A DNA stretch of 64,000 nucleotides from Oopsacas minuta. Its lineage: Eukaryota > Animalia > Porifera. This document shows positions 34,601-48,023 of the stretch, piece after piece (position 1 is the first letter of the stretch; each line of letters starts with the position of its first letter). Position numbers and translations under genes: made by a program. The notes beneath the pieces were generated by a model. That model saw nothing but the letters and a program-made list of their open reading frames with translations. It ran no database searches and had not been told where the DNA came from. Where the stretch lies: contig JAKMXF010000321.1 in the NCBI GenBank assembly GCA_024704765.1, forward strand, positions 124,001-188,000, given 5' to 3'.

Positions 34601-37437
34601 CCAAGTGCCACTTTATTCTCCATTTGTCCCAAAATGTTCCAAAGTGACTGTGGTTCCTTTAGTCCCGGTATCAGTTCACTGAAATCTATAAAAGTTATGC
34701 AGAAGGAAGCCAAATCTGATAGAGGTAGGCCTATAGTGCTTAGTTCCCAATCAAATACAGCTGACACGAACGGTGGATTCTGATTGGCCATCGCTACATT
34801 TATTAACGTGTAGTCTCCGTGGACAATTGTATAGCGACAACCTTGCTCGCTTGGAATGTTGTTTTTGAGCCAGGCGATTAACTGTGCCATTTCAGGGTGT
34901 TTGGGAACATCTGGTGTCGCGTTATAGTTCTTCTCCCAAATGTGAATTACGCGGGAAACGAAATTTGAAGGATTTCCATAGCCACCTAAACCTAATTGGT
35001 TATAATCGTAAGAATGGAGTTTTGCTAAAGTGTCAATCATGCTTGTATATGCTACATTCCTGTCCTGAGGGGACAAACCCACTAATTCAGGGGTCTCAAA
35101 CACGCGCCCGGGTCTGTACTCCATCACATAAAACTCAGTTCCAATTACACTGGTGTCTCTGCAATAGAAATAAGGCTTTGGACATGGAAAATCAGTTTTG
35201 GCGAGGGCAGACAATATTCTGAATTCACGGTTTATCAGATGAGCTCTGTACAATAGAATTCCGTGTGGTTTCTTGCGTAGCACATATTTATTGCACTGAA
35301 CGGTATCTAGGAGGTAGGTTGGATTTGATTGGCCAACTGAGAAGGCTTGTATGCCATCTGTGCCACTTTTGAGTGTCACATTTAGTTTTTCAGCCAATAG
35401 AATTTTAAGTTTTGCTGTCTCAAAAGGAATTCCCATTTCTAAAAATAGTAACGAAATTATTAATATATGTATATCTATTTTTAGTATCAGTTCCGTATGT
35501 TAGTTCATTCCCTAAACCAGCCAGTGAAAAGCAAGTATTACCTAGTCGCCCACCAATACCAAAGGTATTTTATCCATTGTCCAATTTCTAGATTATGAAT
35601 AATACAAAATTAATTTTTCCAGGATATAATTGGAACTAAGAAGGAACAATGTAAACCAATTTCACGCTATGAAGTGGAACAATATGAAACTGGAACTAAT
35701 GAAGGAGAAAACAGAACTGAAACAAGTTTGGAAAATAAGATAAAAGGGTTAGCAATATCAGAGAAATAACAACATACCTAAGCGTTACCATGACAACACA
35801 TGCTACTTATATTGTGTAGCATCATTATGCATAAATACTGGAATTAATTATTGGAATTATCGAAGAAATTATCAAAAATATTCATTCGATTTTAGAATTT
35901 TTTATTTTTTAGCTCAACTATGGAATTCCGGCCTCAAACCGGAACTAATTTTAGAGGATTTGGCCAATCAAAACGCCCTCAAATGAACCAAACTAAAAAG
36001 AAAAATATTACAAATATTATTAGCGAAATTTTGGGAATTTCTGGAACTCCTGGTTGTAGTTTCAACCAATCAGATGCGAGTTTTGCTTCATTTCAGACAC
36101 CCACTATTTGTTCCGCACGAGATATGATGATTCCTAAATTGGAACTAAGTACTGGAACCAATGACGAGCGAAAAACGCCCGATTTTTCAAGCGGATTTCA
36201 ATTTTTGTCTAACAGAAAAGTTGATTCAGAGCTCAGTGTGGATACTTACAGAAACAAACGAATGAAAATTGGAACTGAAACTAACTCATTTATTTCTGGA
36301 ATGAACCTATTGGACTCAGTAACCAAGGATAAGGAATGTGAAGATAAAATAATCACATCTAATTGGTTCAATAATGATAATTCGCTGCTATCGATCGGGT
36401 CAGATATTTTTTCGGCAGCTACCGAGAGTATATCATGTTTGGAGGATTTCTCCCCGGTAAAATGCTTTGCTAAACCGAAACTCAACTCAACATATGATAT
36501 CCTACCTATAGCCGACCCGGAACCAACTACTGAGCAAACTGGAACTATAATTTCTAACTCAAAACCTGAAGAATATACTTATGAAGGAGACATTTTGAAT
36601 ATGACCTTCTCTGACCAATCAAATGATTCTAATTCAGTGGCCAAAACTGAAAGTGAATCTAACCTAAACGAAATTGCACCGATAGAAGATGAAAATGAAA
36701 CTATCGAAAACGAATACGGAATAACTTTGACACAATTTCTCACACAAGTCCCTCTCTCGACTCAGGAAAATCTTAGTTCCAATTTACACCATGAAACTTT
36801 ACACAAGAATGTGAATATACTGGAACCATCTTTCACAAGTGTGAATACAGTTAAGTTCCAAGACGATCCATCTATACCAGTATTTTCAATTGAAACTTCA
36901 AAAGACATTCAAAGTATAAACCAATCCAAATTTGAATTGGAACTAAAAGAGTTAATTTCTGAAACTGAAACTTTGGATTCACTTATTTTCACACAACCTC
37001 AAATCACTGGATATTCATTACCCAATCAAAATGCACCGGGACTAATTCAATATTCACTTACGGATATTTTCTCACCAACACAGGAAAATACATCTTCACC
37101 CAAATTAGTACGAACTAAATTGGAACCAAACACCTCTCAAAATGGAACTATGGATCAAACCTTAACAAATATTTCCTTTGAGAATTTTGATAATACAACC
37201 CGTATCACTTTTCTAAATGACAGCCAATCAAATGAAAAGCTTGATACATGCCAACGCTCCCCATTGGTTGCTATGGAAAATTCTCAAAATGAGGCAGTCA
37301 TCACTGAGGAAAATTTCAATTTTTCAAATTTTTCAGAAATATTCAAATCCGGAACTAGCGGAATAATTGGTTCAAATTCCTTCTCGCATCGAGTTTCTCA
37401 TTTGGAAGAATTTCCCTTTATGGAGCTTAGAACTTAA
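31614..37437 (+). CDS. BRCA1: BRCA1-like RING protein: RING exons 31614-31762, 31820-31873, 32148-32231, 32335-32423; probable continuation 35521-35564, 35623-35747, 35913-37437; no BRCT found
   Basis: Spliced [46 protein letters not shown]; the RING part is secure, the downstream join is inferred from matching splice phases. Confidence 0.7.
32645..35436 (-). CDS. ACAD10/ACAD11-type APH-phosphotransferase + acyl-CoA dehydrogenase fusion, 4 exons
   Basis: [27 protein letters not shown]; [13 protein letters not shown]; [10 protein letters not shown]; [11 protein letters not shown]; no HAD domain seen (ACAD11-like). Confidence 0.93.
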
Positions 37438-37568
37438 TTGGAACTAATTATCTAATAACTGGAACTAACATAAATGTATTTGTTGTGTTTGCATGATATC
37501 TTACACATTCTAACCAATCAAATTTCGTTATTAATTAGAATTTGACACTTTTTAATAAATATATATAG

Positions 37569-39897
37569 ATGTTATTTTTCAGGAATTTTATCAGACATAA
37601 AGGTACAAATTGGAACCGAAACCTAAGTTATGACGTGATTGTGATTGGTGGCGGTCACGCGGGAACCGAAGCTTCAGCTGGTGCTGCAAGAATTGGCGCC
37701 AAAACACTTCTTATAACTCAGAAATTTAGTAAAATTGGCGCCATGTCATGTAATCCATCTTTTGGCGGGATTGGTAAAGGACACATTATGCGGGAAGTAG
37801 ATGCTCTTGGTGGCATTTGTTGCCGAATTTGTGACCAATCAGGTGTAAGTTTCAGAGTAATTAATACCAGTCATGGATCAGCTGTTCGTGGTTTGCGCGC
37901 TCAAATCGATCGTAACTTATACAGCTATGGTATACAGCAAGCTCTAACGAACCAATCAAATTTGGATATTATCGAAGCTACAGTTGAAGATTTGGAATTG
38001 GAACCGGAACCAATTAGTGGCAGATTAATTATAAAAAGTGTCATTCTTGGAAATGGTCAAAATATACAAACAAGTAAGTTGCTAATTTTAATAAGCTTGA
38101 AATTAATTGGTCTGTTTTATAGATAAAGTGGTACTAACTGCTGGAACATTCCTACGCGGGATGATTCGTATTGGAACTGAAACTATCCAAGCTGGTAGAC
38201 GAGGGGATGAACCTGCAATTGGATTAGCTAACACTTTAGATCAACTTGACTTGAAATTGGGCAGATTAAAAACTGGTACACCGCCACGGATTTCAATGGC
38301 ATCTGTCGATTTTTCAAAAACTGTCCTTCAGAGCCCAGATTTGGAACCAATCCCATTTTCCTTCCAATCAAGAGGTGTGAACTTTATGTACCCAAAACAA
38401 CTATCATGCTATTTCACATTGACCAATCAGAAGACAAGGATGGTTGTCGAGGAAGCGATTGAGGAATGTGATTATTTAAGACAAGATATAAATGGACCGC
38501 GATATTGTCCGAGCATCGAATCAAAGGTGTTAAGGTACCCAGAGGAACATCATAGTGTCTTCCTTGAACCAGAAGGGTGGCACTCCGATCTCCTTTACCC
38601 CCAGGGTCTCAGCTGTTCCATGCCACAATTGAAACAAGTGGAAATGGTTCGAACAATTTCTGGACTTAACAATGCAGAATTAGCTGAGCCAGGTTATTTG
38701 GTGGAATATGATTATGTTGATCCACGGGAACTAGACTATACACTGGAACTAAAGAGGGTGTCAGGTTTGTATTTAGCAGGACAGGTAATTGGAACTACGG
38801 GCTATGAGGAGGCAGCAGGGCTTGGGTTAGTTGCAGGTGTTAATGCCGGTTTGAGTGCAACTACTTCTTCGAAAAAATTGATTTTATCAAGATCGGAATC
38901 TTATATAGGTAAGTTTCTAGAAATGGAATATGTCTGTTGCTGGCGTTTATTTTGGTGTTTTGGCGGGCTTTGAGACTCAAATTAGTATAGGTTCAATATG
39001 TTACCGTGTGCCATCCAGGAGAGCCCCTGTAACCCCTGATCTGTCGCCCAAATTGGAAAAGTGGATCAAAGTGATTGTCACCTCATAGGTGTTAGATATG
39101 TGACACATTGAACCGACCATATATCAAAATTGCAAAAATGTTGGCACCATTATTTCATGTATAAATAATATAAGTTCCTATTGTAGTTCCATATCGATAA
39201 CTGGTTCCATATTGATATTTGATATATAGGAGTAATGGTTGATGATTTGGTGACACTAGGTGCTACGGAACCTTACAGAATGTTCACTTCTCGTGTGGAA
39301 CACAGACTCTTTCTTAGACCTGATAATGCTGATATACGATTGGTTAGAAAAGGTGTTGAAGTTGGTTGCATTCCAAAGAAAACAGCTGATGCAACTTTTG
39401 AATTGGAACTAAGAATATTTAACACTTTAGAATGTTTGAAAAGTATCAAAATGGATGTAAACGATTGGTCAGCTCTAACTAAGCAACCAATACGTATGAA
39501 AGGAATGCGATCTGCTTTTGACATTCTAGAATCTCCAAATATTTCATCTGAATTAATAATTCACACCTTAGCGGATCGAATCCCAGGAATAGAAAACATG
39601 AAAAGCGCACCTGATTACCCAGGCTCTTTTGCCGATAGAATTAAATCTGAATGCCAATACAGCAAAGTCGTTGCTAAGCAACAAAGCAAAGTTGAAGAAC
39701 TGCAAAGAAATGAGAAAATGGAAATTCCATCTGACATTGATTATAATTCCATCCAATCGCTTTCATTGGAAACGCGTGAAAAATTGTCACTTATCAAACC
39801 CAAAAATATGGCACAAGCGAGCCGAATAGAAGGTGTCACAAAATCTGGGCTAGTGTTCCTCATGACCCTTGTTAAAAAAAGGGCGCGCAATCAATGA
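37569..39897 (+). CDS. MTO1: Mitochondrial tRNA uridine modification enzyme (GidA/MnmG family), 3 exons
   Basis: [71 protein letters not shown]. Confidence 0.95.
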
Positions 39898-40852
39898 CCA
39901 AGTAAATAGTTCTTAAGTTAGTTTCAATTTGTATTTGTTAATTTCTACTCATTCACAATCTACAACCATATGTAAGTGTCCAAAAGTATTTGTTGTTTAT
40001 TCGAAAATTGGATAAGTTGCAAATAAACTGCCAATTGGCCAATATTCAGTGACATGAATAATCGCTGAATAAATACATTCATAAGGTTCATTTTATCATA
40101 TCATATGAATACAAAATGTAACACTGCAATTATGAACCAAAGATTCATAACTAATATATTACTCAAACCTTATTTAGCCTCTACGTAATATATTCCGTTA
40201 GCACATAATTTTGGCGCTTAATATGGTTTCTAATTAAACCAGAACATGCCACAAATACAATATTATGTCAGTATTATCTGAGTTATTGATAACTTAGGCG
40301 CCAGACTAGGCCACGTGACCCATGGCCTTGACGCATAATGGTGTCGAACTCTACCGAAATGTAGGCCATTAAGCCGCCAGTCTCTGTATTCCAACATCCT
40401 AGATGAGTGTGTCTCAGAGCGTTGTGGGCCACCAAAAATACAAAATGCTAGCGAAACTTAGCACAACTGTTTTACTAAAGTTGTATTCTATTTTGACAAA
40501 GGTATCTTGAAAATGTTAGACGATATTGTGGTCCAGTTGGAAAATGGTCACTGCCCTAGGCCATGCGACCCACCGCTTAGTTCCAATACCAAATTCAAGA
40601 GGATCATTTATTGGTGTGTTCCATTGGTCATAGCGGAACTGACTTCCTCCAATTTTCCCTAGATTTAAGTAAAATTCTAATTCCCGATTTGCTGAAAAAT
40701 TTTGTGCATTTATAGTTCCATACGTTAACACATTTGTGGCATATTAATATATACAAATTATATGTGTAAATATTTGTGTATTTTTACGTTTAATAATATT
40801 ATTGTAAATATTTTAGCAAATATGAAATATTAGCAAAAGTGTAAACAATGAA

Positions 40853-41730
40853 TTATTGTTGAATTGGGAATTTTGGGAGTGTTAATTGTAATTTTCCAAC
40901 ACCTTCAATATCCATTGGGAACTTTTGATAATGGTTGACAACGTCTAGAAGTGTCAGGAATTGTTTTTCTTTGCATGAACCGAGTGTGAACTTCCCTTTC
41001 TCTTGGTCAATCATCATATGAATATATCCGAATTGATACCTAAAATATTGAAGAAATTATTCAATATGAGTAATGTGATTAAACTGGTGACAATTGGAAC
41101 CTTTTGGTCCTGGTACAAATTTATAATTTTTGGGCAGAAAAGTAGTGTCAAAATGGAATGGAGCTATAATATATTGCGCGCTTGTAAAAGGCTCAAATCC
41201 CGCGTTTACCCGCCTAACGAAAGTGGTAAATTTTCGCGCCAATTCTCCTAAAAATTCCACCGCCAAATATTCTATTTTTATAACACAACTTACTTGAGTG
41301 AAATAGTATACTCGCTCTCTCCCTTTTTTCTGACAAGGAATGCATATAGGCTCTGATTAGCCAATAGTTTTTCAGCTTCGCGTCTGTTAATCTCTCCCTT
41401 ATACCAACAGCATTCTGAAAGAAAGTCATCCTCCGCTGAATAGCTCTTTTTGATTGGTTGCGAGTTGACAACGCTAACTGCATTGTGAATTGTTTTCCCA
41501 GGGATACTGTCCCATGGATCCATGTACTCACTTGACACCTGTGATGTTTGTAGAGAAGTTGTTTTACTTAATAGGTTCCGATATGAGTGATCCATAGCTG
41601 CATTTTGGGCCTCTTCTACTTCAATATAATCGGTTGAAACTGTCGGCTCGACTTTTATGTAAAAATCTGCCGCGGCAATTTTTGGCGCTTTAAATTTCTT
41701 TTGGAACATTTTTGAATCGTTGCTACCCAT
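40853..41730 (-). CDS. SH2-domain adaptor (SHB/SHD/SHF-like), at least 2 exons
   Basis: EYMDPWD tyrosine motif; WYKGEINRREAEKLL..FLVR..YTISLK spliced to YQFGYIHMMID..FTLG..VVNHY (exon 41039-40853). Confidence 0.8.
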
Positions 41731-43572
41731 ATTTAATTAAGAATGTTTATTTTAATATTAATCAGTTTATTTAACTATTTATAACAAATCGTGATGTTTA
41801 TACATATAACTTGAAACTAAATTCAAGCAACCACAAATGAATAATCATATGGTTATTTCAATTGTATTATTATTCACTGAAGTAGTTTCACTTTAGCAAG
41901 TGTTGATTAATTACAATGTAGCCTTTTTTTAGCGGAAATATATTTGGATTGCCTTCATCATGAAATTTGCAATGCTACCTTCCAAAATATCAATATTTAT
42001 CTCACGTGTACAACAATGCAAATTTTCGTGACCAAAATATGGGTTTTAACTTAAGTTTTAAAAGTGAAAATGCCAAGTTCGACAATTTTTTGCTTATAAG
42101 CAAATATTTATCAATTAAACCACACACATGCCTTTGAACAATAACCGTAACTAAGGAGTGGAAAAAATATCATATTATTAATTTTACACATGTATATTCA
42201 TGCAATAGTGTGCCTACTATATTATAAACTGGAACTAGTTATAGAACTATGTTCATCTCATATATCACCTAATGGTAGTAAAATTTAATTATCCAACTTG
42301 AAATTTGATTGGTTGATCCACGTAGAACATATCTATCAATAAATTCCTTCATCGTTTCCATGGTGATCGAAGTAGTTTAATGGAATGTTGTAATTTGGGT
42401 CAAACGTTGAATACATAAATTTTAATTCCAGAAATAATATTCAAGTGCTTTGTTGATTCATTGCAATTATTAGTAATTATTTGCATAGTTTAGACAATTA
42501 TCCAGTTTTTAGTTATACAAATATTCATTACACTCAAACTTGTCTATCACGGTCACCAAAAGGGATTAGCCAAAAGTTGTCGTTATGTACAGGTGGCAGC
42601 TATAGAGAAGTGTGGCAGTAACTTTATTTTCTGTAATGATATAGAGAAGATAGCCTTTAAAAGACGAGTAACCGATATATAAGATAATACAGTGTAAGTA
42701 GTAATGATGGTAGCGCAAGGGAATGTCAAAGGTAGACTTTATGGGAGGCGACTACCTTATAAGGTGACAGTTATAGACAGGTTTAGCGCCATCAAGGGAC
42801 CAAAAATTGTGGCCGCTATTGTGAGGTAATTAATGGGAAATTTCTGAACACTTGAGAGCATTTTTCAAACATTGTATGATATGTTTGGGCCTGTTAGTCA
42901 GATTTGTATAATGTAAACTCTATTTTATTAATAAATGTGAACATCATTTTGGTCACCCTTAGTATTGTTTATAGCCTTAGAGGCTAGAGTTAACAAAATG
43001 ATGTTCACTTGAAATATTAAATAATCAAAGTAGTTCACACTTCAATCGCTATAACTCTGAAAATTATTCAAAAGAAATGGTTGAAGATTAAAATGCGAAT
43101 TATCCATTGAATTGCAACCATTTAAGTTTGCTCCATTCTCTACCAACGCTATATTGTAGCTTGCAAGGTTGTCAGAGCATTAAATAGGGGTAAACAGGGA
43201 CGTAGAATTCGATTTTAACATTTTAACATGTCTAACAAGATTAGTAAAATTCAATTTTATCTTTCTTTACTAAAATAAATATTTAGTAGAATAATATACT
43301 TTCAATAATCCACTGAGATCAATTTGGTAAATTTTAGAATATTTCTATTTCCTAGGAATGCTATATTAACAACTGGGGTATTGTGGCATGGATTGTTATA
43401 TTGGGACATTGGATTATTGGCGGACACATTAGTAGGGGTCTGTCTACAAAATTTGGTACGCTTTTTGTTACCTTTCTGCTGACTCCACAATCAACAATTT
43501 CGAAAGAGCGGGACTATTTCATAATTAACCATAATTTTTAGAATTTGATTTTCTAATAAATTGTCTTAACAA

Positions 43573-44761
43573 TTATATAATTTGACATCTCTTGTCAGTT
43601 CGCATTCCATCACTCGTTGCTATGGTAGACATCCTTTGGTCCTCTTTAGTTCCAATTACACTTAATCTTGTTATATCAAATCTTTGTAGATAAATCGACT
43701 CTTTTGTACGATGGATTAAAGACTTTTCTCTTTCGATTTTGTAAATTTGCATTCTTGCATTTATAATGTGTCTTACAATTTCCGACACATTTGTGCCACT
43801 TTTAGCTGAACATTCGAAATAGTCACAGGCGCCAGTTTGGCAAAGTAGGCTTGTAATCTATAAGAATACACAATTCTAAATTCACACGTTTTTAGCCAAT
43901 AGAATTGCAGAGTTACTCACATCTTCTTGGTTGCAAGGTGGGCTAACTCGCCAATTGATTGGTTGATCTGCCATCTGGTGTTCTTTCAAATCTAGTTTGC
44001 ATCCAATTATATAGAGTGGCACATTTTTACACCTTCCATGAATCTCAGGGAGCCACTACAAGGTGTTAAATAGTTAGTTCCAGTTCCAATAATAGTAGTT
44101 CCATATTCAGAAATGTTTAAAATTTGATATTTTTGATAAACTTAAGTTATAATGCTCGTGATTTGATTGGCTACTGACCTTAGTAAATATGTTGTGGTAA
44201 GATTGAGGTGATGACAGGTCAAAACAGAGTAACAGAATATCTGTGTCAGGATAGGAGAGTGGTCTAATATGTGAATAGTTGTCGTCACCAGGAGTGTCAT
44301 ACATTGACACTTGTACCAGTCCCTGATTGCTCTCAATCTCTGAAGCGTAGTTCTCAAACAAAGTAGGCACATATCCCTATATAGTTCCGGTTATTAACAC
44401 CTCAAATAATGGCTCAATATTGCACGAAAGAATGTGATTTTTGAAATTTTGCAATCCGAGCACTGTTCCAAAATATCTACGATATGTTCTATACTTGATA
44501 GTTCCATTATTAGTTCCGGTTTATTAACACCTAAAATAGTGGCTCAATATTACACAGATCTAATTTTGAAATCTCTCGAATTTGCAATTTTTCAAAACAG
44601 AACCTAGACATTACTCTAGCAACACCTTTGTTGATTGGAATGCTGTTTACATTATTGTTTACCTCTGAAAATATTTGTTTACTGATTCTTATTAAAAGTG
44701 AAGATTTCCCGCAAAATTTATCTCCAATAATTACCAATTTTTGTTCAAATTTCTTTTCCAT
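43573..44761 (-). CDS. Atypical Rho-family GTPase A, 4 exons, CaaX CQII
   Basis: KLVIIGDKFCGKS; YVPTLFENY; DTPGDDNY; IIGCKLDL; YFECSAK; ends CQII*. Confidence 0.88.
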
Positions 44762-45226
44762 TTTCAACCAGAGAAGTGACAATATTTTCTATTCTTTATA
44801 GTTCTGATTATACATATTTCTCCTCAATTGTATAGTTCCCTATTGATATTTAATATTTCTCTATAGTCTGAATATTTACATAATTATTGTGTGTAATATG
44901 AATTTGATATATCTTCGCCATGTGGCACAAAATGGCTAGAGAGAGACACTTAAAGAGTGGTCTACTAAAATAAACCAGAGTTGGAATCGGGTCGGGGTCG
45001 GGTTCGAAGTTGATCAGTTCTAACTTTGTATACTCAATGATTAGATTCTATTTTATGAAAAATGATATTTACATTAGAAACATCATATGGAACTTTCATG
45101 ACCTCAATAGGACATTTTTCACTGTATCTGGAACTATAAACACACAAGTAGTTTATAGCAGATATAATATTTTCAATATTGTTATCCAAGGTCCATAAGA
45201 AATTTATGTGTAGTATATCTTAACTA

Positions 45227-45411
45227 CAGTAGAACTCGGATAAGACGTACCCCCTCGGGAAACAGAAATTAGTACGTCTTAACCGAGTGTACGTCTTATC
45301 CGAATATGTTTGCATTACAAATAATGATGACTGATATTTTAAGATATAAGAAATAGTACGTCTTAACCGAGTGTACGTCTTATCCGAGTACGTCTTATCC
45401 GAGTTCTACTG
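45227..45411. mobile_element. Intact 185-bp Tc1/pogo-type MITE
   Basis: Perfect 24-bp TIR CAGTAGAACTCGGATAAGACGTAC; TA duplicated at both ends; internal gtacgtctta.ccgag sub-repeats. Confidence 0.93.
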
Positions 45412-46637
45412 TATTGTTATACTTATCACGCCAAAATTAACACATTAGGTATAACAAAACTAGAGTCAATTCGGATAAGCCGATCCCATTTTCAGATTCC
45501 CCGAGGTAAATATGCATAGAAACGGATCTAACATCTTAGCCAACAAATTGTTTGTTGACCAGTGTAATCAGTACTAATTGGTTATTCGAGGGACAGAATA
45601 ATTCTGTTAATTGGGTTACTTCAGGACCACCAAGCCAGTTTGACCCGATTTGCAAAATTAGTTCTTGTCCTGACAGATGAGCATGTAGCCTAAGATCACC
45701 CCGGTGATCCTATTAACCGGAATCTATTGTAATTATCCTAATAAAGTGGAAGCTACACATTCCACAAGTGGGGTGTCAGGGACGCCGAACTATACTACCA
45801 TGATTCCCCCTTTGTGGGAGCTGGAGTGCGCTCCTTTCCTGAGTAAGGAGCGGGGGGTGGAGCGCCGAGTGCTAAATGCTCTGCTCGTTTCCAAATGCCC
45901 CTATTCGTGCAGGTGACACTATTGATATTATTTGTAATACACCCATAATGTAAATATCTAACATTATTTGTGGTATAAATAGTGTTTGAAACATTAATTA
46001 ACTGTGTATGAGCCAAACAACTCGCTTTACATTTGAGACTAAAGCAAATGTGTCTTTGAAATTGCAAAAATGTACAAATAAAGAAATACAAACAAATAAT
46101 CACAATACTAAATATTTCAAATGAGTTGTAATTCTATACTCGTACTTTTTGTCTATGTTTTAAAATGGAACTAATTATTCAAATCCATTTTTGCAAAATG
46201 CTTGATAATTCTTTTTGTCGGCGGAACATAGACCATACTTACCAACAACTTTTACACATCTCTACATAGTTCCATTATTAGTTCCGGTTATGAATTCACG
46301 TTATTACACCCCGAAAATATCCCGAAACATCGCAAAAATAGCGAATTCTCTGGATTTTCAATATTTTCCTCAGTATGAACTATAAAGTCAAATCTTGGGA
46401 TAATTGAGGGTAAATCACATTTTTGTTTATCTTAATTCTAACACAATAGGTGTCATAAACTCATAACTCATGTCAACAACAAAATTTATGTCCAATTCTC
46501 ATGAAGTTTCCCTAAATATGTGTTAGTTCCATATTGAGTATTCTTTTAACAGTATTCACATGTAATCACTAAGGATTAGGCCAATCAGAATTGAGAGTAT
46601 AAATAGAAGTTTGAATTACAAAATTTTTTAAATTAAA

Positions 46638-48023
46638 ATGAGTGAAATTCAATTTTCAGAGAAAAAATTGGTCGTCGTTGGTGACTCAAAATGTGGCAAA
46701 TCAGCTGTTTTGTATATGTTAGCCAAAGAACTGTATTTGGAGGTAAGACCACTAATATACAATTTTTTAAATGTATTTAATTGGAACTATGAATACGAAG
46801 TTTCAACGGTAATTGTTGGTTCAAATACGAGCGGTTTAAGCAAATATTTTTGGGTATAATTGAGTCATTATTCGAGGTGTTAATAACCGGAACTATATAG
46901 GGATATGTGCCTACTTTGTTTGAGAACTACGCTTCAGAGATTGAGAGCAATCAGGGACTGGTACAAGTGTCAATGTATGACACTCCTGGTGACGACAACT
47001 ATTCACATATTAGACCACTCTCCTATCCTGACACAGATATTCTGTTACTCTGTTTTGACCTGTCATCACCTCAATCTTACCACAACATATTTACTAAGGT
47101 CAGTAGCTTCTCCATCTCCTTAGCGGACCCATTTGGTCCAACTTATAGGGTCCCTAGGTGTCGAGACCCCAGTTTAAGAATCATATCTAACTTAATTACA
47201 AAATTTTAGTCAAATCTGAATTTAAGAATTCTGATTTTTGAATATGAAAGTAACGGAACTAATTAATGAATATGAAAGTAATGGAACTAATTAATGAATA
47301 TGAAAGTAACGGAACTAATTAATGAATATGAAAGTAATGGAACTAATTAATGAATATGAAAGTAATGGAACTAATTAATGAAAATTAGACTAACATTAAA
47401 ATTTTGAAGAATTATAAATATAGAACTTAAAGAATTGGAACTAACTATTTAACACCTTTTAGTGGATACCTGAGATAAGAGAGTACTGTCCTGGAGTACC
47501 ATTCATTATAGTAGGTTGCAAAAACGATCTCATCAATATGGAACTTAAAAAAGCAGATGATTATATTGTATCGGAACTAGCACCTACAACACAAGATGAG
47601 GTAAGTGTCGTATGTATATTTATGTCCTCTTTTCCTCGAAAAGGTGTTAAAATGTGTCCTTTATAGATGGCACAACTGTTGAGTCATACAGGGGCGGTTG
47701 ACTACTTCCAATGTTCAGCTAAATACAACTACAATCTGATTGGTCTATTTTCAAAAGCTGTTGACTCAACTTTTCATAGAAAAAGGAATTCTTCTAAAAA
47801 ATACAGAAATAGAACTTTATCAACAATTCAATCGGAACCATCTATATCTCATAGTTCCAGTTTCAGAAGGCGCGCATCCACTGACGTTTCACCCTACAAG
47901 AAACAGAGGATATATCGAACCAGTTATTCATCGTGTTTACCAACATTCCACAGGCGAAGACCTGTTGTTAACGATGATATATATTTTCGTAGCCAATCAA
48001 ATGGCAATTGTACCATTTTATGA
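46638..48023 (+). CDS. Atypical Rho-family GTPase B, 4 exons, basic C-terminal tail, CaaX CTIL
   Basis: KLVVVGDSKCGKS; exon 46901-47098 YVPTLFENY..DTPGDDNY; IVGCKNDL; YFQCSAK; ends CTIL*. Confidence 0.9.
47240..47379 (+). repeat. Intronic minisatellite, 5 x 28 bp GAATATGAAAGTAAYGGAACTAATTAAT
   Basis: Direct reading; no spacers between units. Confidence 0.92.

Noticed and set aside
37569-39897. Bacterial-looking gidA/mnmG (also yebC-like TACO1) as possible horizontal transfer or contamination
   Set aside because: Both have spliceosomal introns and mitochondrial-type N-terminal extensions; they are ordinary nuclear genes
40516-40731. 71-aa ORF between MTO1 and the SH2 gene, also searched as a possible BRCT exon
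   Set aside because: No recognisable domain, and no convincing start or splice partners on either strand
45785-45810. ACTATACT resembling U3 snoRNA box A'
   Set aside because: No convincing downstream U3 boxes; kept only as an unassigned GC-rich island
47240-47379. CRISPR-like 28-bp repeats
   Set aside because: The units are contiguous with no unique spacers, lie in a eukaryotic intron and have no cas genes nearby
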